A stretch of DNA of 64,000 bases. Source: Burkholderiaceae bacterium. Its GTDB lineage: Bacteria; Pseudomonadota; Gammaproteobacteria; Burkholderiales; Burkholderiaceae_E. Location: the NCBI GenBank assembly GCA_050187175.1, contig JBFWXS010000002.1:7602-71601 (forward strand). Reading direction: 5' to 3'. A program made the translations under genes and the position numbers. Shown here one piece after another: positions 1-7,314 of this stretch. The notes beneath the pieces are model-generated. The model did no database searches. It saw only the letters and a program-made list of their open reading frames with translations, and was not told the DNA's origin. Position 1 is the stretch's first letter. Each line of letters starts with the position of its first letter.

Positions 1-182
1 GGACTGATATTTCCGAAGAAGTGGTGTTCGCTGAAAAACACCCCTTCGAAGCCCATCCTTTCCAGACTCGGCAGAATGCTCAAGTGAAAGTCATAGGTCT
101 CTTGCGATGCCGCTTGTTCGTCGATCACGCTACGACGTCTTCCGAGCGGTTTCAGAAACGTGAACAGCCAGGGTTTGATCAT
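1..182 (-). CDS. LLM-class (luciferase-like) flavin-dependent oxidoreductase, N-terminal part; runs off the window's left edge
   Basis: Not in the ORF track. Manual translation from ATG at 182 (ATGA overlap with the stop of the upstream hydrolase) gives MIKPWLFTFLKPLG...LERMGFEGVFFSEHHFFGNIS; GF-x-x-x-x-x-SEHHF is the typical LLM N-terminal motif. Confidence 0.8.
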   Translation of the reverse strand, partial: MIKPWLFTFLKPLGRRRSVIDEQAASQETYDFHLSILPSLERMGFEGVFFSEHHFFGNIS

Positions 183-994
183 TTCGCCACTCTTTCAGTG
201 CGTTCTTCAGCGGAGTTCAAGAAGCGCGTCGTCAGACGGGAAAAATCAGGCGGCGCTTCCAGAAGCGGATAGTGCCCACTGTCCAACTGCACATGGGCGA
301 ATTCACGAAGACGGTCGGCAAACGGTTGTGCCGTCGGGTTCCCCAGCAGGGCATCCCGCTTCCCGGTCACCATGAGAACCGGCGCGGTGATGAGATCGAG
401 CTCCGGAAGAAGATCCGCGTCGCGAAGAACGGCGAGACAGGACGCATACCCTCTCGGGTCCATCCTCGCGAATACTTCGCTCAAGGCGTCGATTTCCGGT
501 GGATTCGTCGACCTGTACTCGCTGGAGAACATGCGATCGACCATCCCTTCAACCAGGCCGGTCATCCCGTTCTTCAACACGGAATCGATACGGCTATTCC
601 AATCCTCGACGGGAACGGGAATCCGTGCGGCTGCGCTGCAAAGCAACAGCTTCTCGATACGGCCAGGCGAGAGAATGGAAGCTTTGCACGCGAGCATGGC
701 TCCAATGGAGACCCCCGCGACCGCGAAACTGTCCCATCCGATCGAGCTCGTCAGGCCAAGCAGATCGTCGGCGAGTACGTCCAGCGAAATCGACCCCGGT
801 GCCGGGACGCTACCGCCGTGCCCTCGGATGTCATAGCGAAGGATGCGGTGCGTAGCAAGCAGATCCGGCACCAGATGGTCCCAGATGGATAGGTCTGTGC
901 CTACCGAATGCACAAGTGCAATGCGCTTTGCGCTGGATGCTCGCCCCTCGAGCCTGTAATAGTGGTCAGCACCATTGACCGCAAGTCTCGGCAC
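179..994 (-). CDS. alpha/beta hydrolase, 3-oxoadipate enol-lactonase (PcaD)-like
   Basis: HSVGTDLSIWD, RYDIRGHGGS, nucleophile GVSIG, C-terminal SGHYPLLEAP; GTG start with GGAG upstream. Confidence 0.85.
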   Translation of the reverse strand: MPRLAVNGADHYYRLEGRASSAKRIALVHSVGTDLSIWDHLVPDLLATHRILRYDIRGHGGSVPAPGSISLDVLADDLLGLTSSIGWDSFAVAGVSIGAMLACKASILSPGRIEKLLLCSAAARIPVPVEDWNSRIDSVLKNGMTGLVEGMVDRMFSSEYRSTNPPEIDALSEVFARMDPRGYASCLAVLRDADLLPELDLITAPVLMVTGKRDALLGNPTAQPFADRLREFAHVQLDSGHYPLLEAPPDFSRLTTRFLNSAEERTERVAK

Positions 995-1021
995 ATTGAT
1001 CTCCGTCCTGTTTCCGTATTC

Positions 1022-1083
1022 AATGTACGGATTGAAGGGCGCGGAGGCTCCGGAGATCTTGCGCTTCTAGACGCATCTTGCGA
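1022..1083 (-). promoter_or_regulatory. Putative AraC-activated promoter of the hydrolase/LLM operon
   Basis: Minus strand: TCGCAAGA-N11-GCGCAAGA (19-bp period), then a 29-nt gap to TACATT (-10-like); same layout as 2475-2536. Confidence 0.6.
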
Positions 1084-1278
1084 CGCCGAAATCAAGAGGC
1101 CATCGCTTGGCGCGAATTTGCCGGGCTCTTGATTTTCTGTCTGCCGATGAAAGGTGAGGGCTCGATTCGTCGGCGGTCAGCGCAGCCTGGCGATGGTCGC
1201 AGCTTGACGACTGGTCAAAGCCGATCTTAGTCTTGTGCTGCGACACTGGCTGTGCGCCCTCCGCGACCGAGACAAGCT

Positions 1279-2214
1279 ATGAAGACCTTTCCATCAATGA
1301 ACTCGACAGCCTCGGCATGCGAAGACGGCGGCGATCCCCTGGTAGGCATCAATTTCAAATGGGACGACGAGCCAGCCACGCCGAAATGCGTGTTCGCCTC
1401 GCCCGGTCTCCATGTACACCATATTGCCGCCAGCGCCAGAGCGCACACGGTGAGGATGCACCGGTCGAGCCATACGCTGCTGATCTTCGATGAGGGAAGC
1501 TATAGCGACGGTGGCCGGCGCATCGAAGGCAAATCGATCGCGCTGGGATCTGCCGGCGATGCGGGAGTAGACGTCCTGCCGGCCGGCTCGGAGCTCGTGG
1601 GCTGGTCCACCGCGCGAAGCCAGGTCGGCGTCACGATCATCTCGGTGGACGACCGCCACTACAGGGAATCCTTGCACGGCGGGCCCGCGCCCCGCGTGGG
1701 TGTGAAGATGCGCCATGGTCTTCTGCCTCCGCTGCTGTCGAGGCTGCGCCGCTGGGCCTCCCATCAGTGGAGCGACGTGAACTCGCTCCATGCCGAATCC
1801 GTCCTGCAGTTGCTGCTGCACGAAGTGATCGACGCCCAGCAATGCACAACGCCGCCGGCAGGCGGCGCCAGGAATCAAGGCTTGTCATTCCGCGCTCAGC
1901 GGATCGTCCGCGAGTTCATTGCCGAGAATCTCGATTCGAAGATCTGTCTGGATACCTTGGCCGACCAGGTCGGGATCAGCCGCTTTCACTTCGCCCGAGC
2001 CTTCAAGACATCGTTCGGCATGCCGCCGTACAAGTATGTTCTCAACGAGCGCGTGCGCCGAGCGGCCGCGGCACTGCATCACTCCCAGGCGTCCATTACT
2101 GACATTGCCCTGGACGTCGGCTTCTCTTGCTCCAGCGAGATGAGCCGTTGCTTTCGCCAGCTCATGGGTTGCTCGCCCCGTGACTATCGCGCCAGCCGTC
2201 GCGGATCCTCTTGA
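1279..2214 (+). CDS. AraC family transcriptional regulator
   Basis: C-terminal double HTH (LADQVGISRFHFARAFKTSFGMPP...SITDIALDVGFSCSSEMSRCFRQLMGCSPRDYR); start uncertain (1252/1279/1297). Confidence 0.9.
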   Translation: MKTFPSMNSTASACEDGGDPLVGINFKWDDEPATPKCVFASPGLHVHHIAASARAHTVRMHRSSHTLLIFDEGSYSDGGRRIEGKSIALGSAGDAGVDVLPAGSELVGWSTARSQVGVTIISVDDRHYRESLHGGPAPRVGVKMRHGLLPPLLSRLRRWASHQWSDVNSLHAESVLQLLLHEVIDAQQCTTPPAGGARNQGLSFRAQRIVREFIAENLDSKICLDTLADQVGISRFHFARAFKTSFGMPPYKYVLNERVRRAAAALHHSQASITDIALDVGFSCSSEMSRCFRQLMGCSPRDYRASRRGSS

Positions 2215-2345
2215 ACGGGCGCAGTCTCGAAGGGACCCCACCCGCATACCCGCGGGAACTTGTGAATCGGACTGTCTAGCCGATCGCAAGGCCTCGACCT
2301 CCGCCCGGCGCGCGGCCGGGTAGCTGCCGGGGCGCCATGCTGCCG

Positions 2346-2410
2346 GCCCGGCCCGGCCCGGCCCGGCCCGGTTCGGCCCAGCCCAGCCCAGCCTAGTTCC
2401 GCCCCGCCCG
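2346..2410. repeat. Degenerate pentanucleotide tandem repeat, 13 in-register units of GCCCG-type
   Basis: GCCCG x5, GTTCG, GCCCA x3, GCCTA, GTTCC, GCCCC, GCCCG read directly. Confidence 0.85.
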
Positions 2411-2474
2411 CCGCGCAGGCCGGCGATCTCCTGCACGGAACGTCTCTTGTATGCCGTCCGGCGGCATCAGCCAC

Positions 2475-2536
2475 GCGCAAGAAGTCTTCACTTGCGCAAG
2501 ATTCGAGTAGCCGCCGGAACCTCCGCTTCGTAGAGT
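2475..2536 (+). promoter_or_regulatory. Putative AraC-activated promoter of the VOC-torD-dmsAB operon
   Basis: GCGCAAGA (2475-2482) and GCGCAAGA (2494-2501), then a 29-nt gap to TAGAGT (2531-2536). Confidence 0.6.
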
Positions 2537-2563
2537 TACCGCAGCAGATTCACCGACATCGAC

Positions 2564-3181
2564 ATGACCATGACATTCCCGCCGCGCCCGCCGATCGAGA
2601 CGAATGGCGTCCCGCCCGCGCTCTTCGCGCACGTCGTTCTGCAGACAGCCCGTGTCGATGAGATGAAGGACTGGTACTGCACGGTACTGTCCGCTCACGT
2701 GGTCCATGAAGGACACGGTCTTTGCTTTCTGACCTACGACGACGAGCACCATCGAATCGCTTTCCTGTCGTCGCCCGGCCTCGAGCGGGCCGACCGCGAG
2801 TGGGCCGGCGTGCACCACGTGGCTTACAGCTTCGCCGAGCTCGGACAACTGCTGTCCACCTATCGCCATTTGAAGGCCAAGGGAATCCTGCCGTCCCGAT
2901 CCATCAACCACGGACCGACGACCTCGCTGTACTACCGCGATCCGGACGGCAACCGCGTGGAGATGCAGGTCGACAACTTCTCGTCCAAGGAGGAGGCGGC
3001 GCGCTATTTCTACAGCGACGAGTTCGAGCGCAACCCGGTCGGCGTGCAGTTCGACCCCGAGAATCTGATACGGGACTATGAAGCAGGCGTTCCGCTCGTC
3101 GACCTGCTGCGGCGCCCGCCGCTGCCGCCTGGCGCGACGCTTGGCGACATGCGGACAGAGCGCCAGGGCGACGGCCGATGA
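2564..3181 (+). CDS. VOC/glyoxalase family protein, single-domain extradiol-dioxygenase-like
   Basis: FAHVVLQT, FLTYDDEHHRIAF, GVHHVAY, NHGPTTSLYYRDPDGNRVEMQVD; putative His/His/Glu metal triad. Confidence 0.85.
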   Translation: MTMTFPPRPPIETNGVPPALFAHVVLQTARVDEMKDWYCTVLSAHVVHEGHGLCFLTYDDEHHRIAFLSSPGLERADREWAGVHHVAYSFAELGQLLSTYRHLKAKGILPSRSINHGPTTSLYYRDPDGNRVEMQVDNFSSKEEAARYFYSDEFERNPVGVQFDPENLIRDYEAGVPLVDLLRRPPLPPGATLGDMRTERQGDGR

Positions 3182-3191
3182 GGAGACTGTC

Positions 3192-3959
3192 ATGAAGCAT
3201 GCGGTGCAAACCGCCCCGCGACAGCCGGGCGAGCGAGCGCTGCCGCGGGGATCCGAGATCTGGATCAGGCAGTTCGACGGACAGATGCTGGTCTGCGGGC
3301 TGCTTGCCAAGGCGCTGTACGGCGCTCCCGACCGCGGTTGGCTCGATCAGCTGATCGTCAACAGCGTCTTCGATGCGATTCCGTTTGGCGAGGCCTTGCC
3401 GGAGATGGCGGAGGCCGCGGCCCGCCTCAAGGCCTGGGCCGATTCGCATCGCGCGGGACTGGACGATGCGGCGTTCGAGGTCTTGTCCGACGACTACACC
3501 CGGCTCTTCGTGGGGCCGGGCCGGCTGGGCGCGGCGCCGTGGGAGTCGGTCTACGTCAACAAGGACAGGGCAGTGTTCCAGCTCGAGACCGCCGCAGTCA
3601 GTCGCTGGTACGAGCGATTCGGTGTGGCAATCGCCAGCGACTACAACGAACCTGCAGACCACGTCGGCCTCGAGTTCAGCTTCATGGCTCATCTGGCGAA
3701 CCTGACAGTGCAGGCATCAATGGATGAGGACGGTGAAGAAGTAGGCCGCCTGATTGCCGCCCAGCGCGGCTTTGTCGGCCAGCACCTCGCTCGATGGGTG
3801 CCGGCGTGGGCCGACGAAGTCGAGCGTAATGCGAAGACCGGCTGCTACGTCGCGCTGGCGGCATTGGCGCGTGCCGCGGTCGCCGAGCTGCAGTCGTTCT
3901 TCGCTGTCTCTTTGCCGCGGGTGCCGGCGAGCGGCCCCTTCCGCATCGTGCCCGCCTAG
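3192..3959 (+). CDS. TorD/DmsD family molybdoenzyme maturation chaperone
   Basis: DYTRLFVGPG, APWESVY and EPADHVGLEFSFM motifs; ATG at 3192 after GAGGAG. Confidence 0.9.
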   Translation: MKHAVQTAPRQPGERALPRGSEIWIRQFDGQMLVCGLLAKALYGAPDRGWLDQLIVNSVFDAIPFGEALPEMAEAAARLKAWADSHRAGLDDAAFEVLSDDYTRLFVGPGRLGAAPWESVYVNKDRAVFQLETAAVSRWYERFGVAIASDYNEPADHVGLEFSFMAHLANLTVQASMDEDGEEVGRLIAAQRGFVGQHLARWVPAWADEVERNAKTGCYVALAALARAAVAELQSFFAVSLPRVPASGPFRIVPA

Positions 3960-3968
3960 TGCGTCCGA

Positions 3969-4028
3969 CCGCGGCGACCCAGGCCGCAGCGAGCCGGACC
4001 GCAGCGAGCCGGACCGCAGCGAGCCGGG
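3969..4028. repeat. 15-bp tandem repeat (CCGCAGCGAGCCGGA), 3 near-perfect copies plus 1 degenerate
   Basis: Units at 3984, 3999 and 4014, degenerate unit at 3969; lies between torD and the Mo-subunit RBS. Confidence 0.85.
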
Positions 4029-4048
4029 CGTCTCAACGAGGAGCCGAC

Positions 4049-6649
4049 ATGAGTTCGTACACGACGATAGAGAAATGGAGCGAGGCCGTCCGCCAGGCAG
4101 GCGCGGTGGGCTTCGGCCTCAAGAAGGCGCCGCGATCGAGCGAGCTGCAAGGCCCCGGGGGCGGCAAGGGCCGCTGGATCCCCGCCGACTGCTGGCCCGA
4201 CTGCGGCAGCAAAGGCTTCAACCGGGCTTATGTCGAGAACGGCGTCGTCGTGCGAATGGGAACGGATGACACGATCGCCGACAGCTGGAACAGGCCGCAG
4301 CTGCGTGCATGCGCGCGCGGCCAGGCGCTGCGCCTGTGGCTTCTCGGCGCCGACCGGCTGAAGTATCCGATGAAGCGCAAGCACTGGGAGCCCGGGGGCG
4401 GCAGGAAGGAACTGCGCGGCAGGGACGAATGGGTCAGGATCTCCTGGGACGAAGCGCTGGACATCCTGGCCGGAGAGCTCAAACGCGTCAAGGAGACCTA
4501 CGGAAACTCGGCGATCCTGGCCAACTGGGTCGGCGTGATCGCCGCCCGTTTCCTGGGAGCCTACGGCGGCTTCACCGAGCAGTGGGGCGGCCACTCGACC
4601 GGGACGTGGGCCAATGCGATGCACTTCACCGGCTTCCGCGGCGTCTGGAACGATCGCTTCGACATGGTCGAAACGAAGCTCTTCCTGCTGTGGGGCACCA
4701 ATCCGGTCTGGAGCCAGGCCGGCCTGCCTGCGCTGAACTACTGGGAAGCCAAGAAGCGCGGCGCGCGATTCATCGCGATCGATCCGTTCTACAACCCGAC
4801 CTACGAGATGCTGACGGACGAGTGGCTGCCGATCCGGCCGGGGACGGACCACGCGATGCTGCTGGGCATGATCCATACGCTTCTGGTGGAAGACGACCCG
4901 GTCTCCAATCCGCTCATAGACTGGGACTTCCTGCATCGCTGCACCGTCGGCTTCGACGCGGAGCACATGCCGGAAGGGGCCGATCCGGCCGAGAATTTTC
5001 GCGACTACGTGCTCGGCATCCACGACGGCGCGGCAAAGGACGCCGAATGGGCCGCCGCGATCTGCGGCGCTCCTCCCGAGCGCATCCGCCAGCTCGCGCG
5101 GCTGCTGGCCACCGAGCGGGATGCCGCGATCTGCACGTCCTGCGGCCCCGCACGCGTCGACAATGCCGACCTGCTGCCGCAGGCCTTTCTCGCGCTTGCC
5201 GCGATGACGGGGCACCTGGGCAAGGCACACAGCCAGCTCGGCGTTGCCCACCACTTCGGAACCAATGGCGGCCCGCAGCTCGTGCAAGGCCAGAACTCGC
5301 GCTCCTACGCCAAATCGCATCTGCGCGCACCGCCGGTTCCGAATCCGGTTGCCGACAACATGATGGCAGGCGGCTTCGAGCTGCAGCCTCGCAAGGGCTG
5401 CATCAATCTGAACGAGATCAACACGGCCATTCTTACAGGGCAGTACACGGGAACGGACGGACAGAAGCAGCCGATCGACATCCGGCTGATCTACCACGCG
5501 CATGGATCGCGCGTGAATCAGCTGCCGAACACGCTGGATGCGATCGCGGCGCACCGGAAGGTCGAGTTCGTCGTCACTCAGAACATGTTCATGAATGCCG
5601 ATGCCCTCTATTCCGACCTGGTCCTGCCGGTCACTTCGCGATGGGAGCGCGACGGCAACGTCTGCATCGGCTACAGGGAGGAGCTGCTGTGGCACTCGAA
5701 GGTCATGGAACCGTACTTCGAATGCAAGGACGATCTGTGGATAGGCGTCGAGCTCGCGAAGCGCCTGGGCGTGGATCCGAGGATCGTCGAACCCTGGCCT
5801 TGGAAGCAGGAGATCTTCAACCAGGTCGCCGACGCGCGCGTGATGAACGACGACGGCAAGACGCTCGAACCGCTCGTCACGATCACTGAGGAGGACATCA
5901 CCGCCTTCGGTGTCGAGGGCTCGCCGCAGCAGGGGCGGATTTCGATCCAGGAGTTCAAGGAGAAGGGCATCTACCACATCCCGCGTGCGCCGGGAGACAG
6001 GCATGGCTACGTTCATCTGGCTGATTTCCGCAGAGACCCCGAGAAGAGCCCGCTGAACTCCAGGAGCGGCAAGATCGAGATCCACTGCCAGGCCCTGGCC
6101 GACAGCGTCAACCGCCTCGGCTGGTCGCGGGTCCGGCCGATTCCGGCCTATACGCCGCCGCTCGAAGGATACGAGGTGACGTTCAAGGACTGGGGCCGCC
6201 GCATCAAGGGAGACTATCCGCTGCAGCTGTACAACGTGCACATGCCGCGCAGCGCACACTCGTTCTTCGATACCGCCACGGTCACCCGCGAGCTGTTCCC
6301 GCACGAATACATCATGAATCCGCTCGATGCCGAGCCGCGGGGCATCTCGAACGGCGACACCGTGCTCGTGCGCAGCCGATGGGGCAAGGTGCTGCGCACG
6401 GTATGGGTGACGCCGCTGGTGATGCCCGGCGTGACGGTGCTCGGTCAAGGCGCGCGCGTCGACCTGGACGAAGAGACGGGCATCGATCGCGGCGGCTGCG
6501 CCAATGTCCTGAAAGGCGCGATCCCTACCGGCGGCGGACACATCGGTTGGAACAGCGTCAACGTCGAAGTCGAGAAATGGACCGGCGCGCCGCTGCGCAG
6601 CGACCTGGCTGCCGCTCACATCGTCCCGATCCGGGAGCAGGCAGCATGA
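4049..6649 (+). CDS. Bis-MGD molybdopterin oxidoreductase, DmsA/YnfE-like catalytic subunit, no recognisable Tat signal
   Basis: RLKYPMKR, RISWDEALD, LLWGTNP, IDPFYN, WLPIRPGTDHAM, SDLVLPVTSRWER, SGKIEI, MNPLDAEPRGISNGDTVLVRSRWG; ATG at 4049 after GAGGAG. Confidence 0.92.
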   Translation: MSSYTTIEKWSEAVRQAGAVGFGLKKAPRSSELQGPGGGKGRWIPADCWPDCGSKGFNRAYVENGVVVRMGTDDTIADSWNRPQLRACARGQALRLWLLGADRLKYPMKRKHWEPGGGRKELRGRDEWVRISWDEALDILAGELKRVKETYGNSAILANWVGVIAARFLGAYGGFTEQWGGHSTGTWANAMHFTGFRGVWNDRFDMVETKLFLLWGTNPVWSQAGLPALNYWEAKKRGARFIAIDPFYNPTYEMLTDEWLPIRPGTDHAMLLGMIHTLLVEDDPVSNPLIDWDFLHRCTVGFDAEHMPEGADPAENFRDYVLGIHDGAAKDAEWAAAICGAPPERIRQLARLLATERDAAICTSCGPARVDNADLLPQAFLALAAMTGHLGKAHSQLGVAHHFGTNGGPQLVQGQNSRSYAKSHLRAPPVPNPVADNMMAGGFELQPRKGCINLNEINTAILTGQYTGTDGQKQPIDIRLIYHAHGSRVNQLPNTLDAIAAHRKVEFVVTQNMFMNADALYSDLVLPVTSRWERDGNVCIGYREELLWHSKVMEPYFECKDDLWIGVELAKRLGVDPRIVEPWPWKQEIFNQVADARVMNDDGKTLEPLVTITEEDITAFGVEGSPQQGRISIQEFKEKGIYHIPRAPGDRHGYVHLADFRRDPEKSPLNSRSGKIEIHCQALADSVNRLGWSRVRPIPAYTPPLEGYEVTFKDWGRRIKGDYPLQLYNVHMPRSAHSFFDTATVTRELFPHEYIMNPLDAEPRGISNGDTVLVRSRWGKVLRTVWVTPLVMPGVTVLGQGARVDLDEETGIDRGGCANVLKGAIPTGGGHIGWNSVNVEVEKWTGAPLRSDLAAAHIVPIREQAA

Positions 6650-7314
6650 GCGGCCAGCTCGGGTTCTATCTGGACGCCGCCGCGTGCAACGGGTGCTCGG
6701 TATGCCTGGTGGCATGCAAGGACAAGTACGACAACCCGGTCGGCGTCAACTTCCGCAAGGTGATTCATCACACGATGGGCCGCTGGGACGAGGATCCGGC
6801 GCAGCCGGGATTCCTGGTGCCCACCATCTCGGCTTACTCGCTGTCGATCTCGTGCAACCACTGCGCCGCGCCCGTGTGCATGGAAGCCTGCCCGGTCGCT
6901 GCCATCAGCAAGCGATCGGACGGACTGGTCCTGATCGACAAGAACATCTGCGTCGGTTGCCGGCTCTGCGAATGCTGTCCCTATGACGCGCCGCAGTTCA
7001 ACGAAGAGCTGGGCGTCATGACGATGTGCGACGGCTGCGTCGATCAGGGGCTGGAGACGCCTCAAGCCTGCGTGGCGGCATGCCCGCAGCGGGCGCTGGA
7101 GTTCGGCGAGCTCGACGAACTGCAGGCGCGTCACGGCAACGCGGTCAACAGCGTGCTTCCGCTGCCGGATCCCTCGATCACACAGCCCTCATTGCTCGTC
7201 AATCCGCATCGCAATTCTCCGGTGCAGCGCTCCTACGCCGGCAGCTCAGGCGAAACCGGCGCGAACGACGAGGCCGTCGACGCGCGAGCCGCAGCGGGAC
7301 TGTCCCATGGCTGA
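6646..7314 (+). CDS. dmsB: DmsB-type four-cluster [4Fe-4S] electron transfer subunit
   Basis: QLGFYLD-CNGCSVCLVACKD, CNHCAAPVCMEACP, CVGCRLCECCPYDAPQF, CDGC...ACVAACPQRALEFG, LPDPSITQPSL; ATGA overlap with the A subunit. Confidence 0.9.
   Translation: MSGQLGFYLDAAACNGCSVCLVACKDKYDNPVGVNFRKVIHHTMGRWDEDPAQPGFLVPTISAYSLSISCNHCAAPVCMEACPVAAISKRSDGLVLIDKNICVGCRLCECCPYDAPQFNEELGVMTMCDGCVDQGLETPQACVAACPQRALEFGELDELQARHGNAVNSVLPLPDPSITQPSLLVNPHRNSPVQRSYAGSSGETGANDEAVDARAAAGLSHG

Noticed and set aside
1107-1122. Sigma-54-like site TGGCGCGAATTTGC upstream of araC
   Set aside because: GG-to-GC spacing is 9 rather than the required 10.
3969-4028. Possible mini-CRISPR
   Set aside because: Contiguous 15-bp units with no spacers, and no cas genes in the window.
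3956-6715. 919-aa minus-strand ORF, and similar long antisense ORFs such as 37271-39844, 17780-19795, 26908-28764 and 40608-42368
   Set aside because: Shadow ORFs opposite well-supported genes; expected from high-GC codon bias, with no recognisable motifs.
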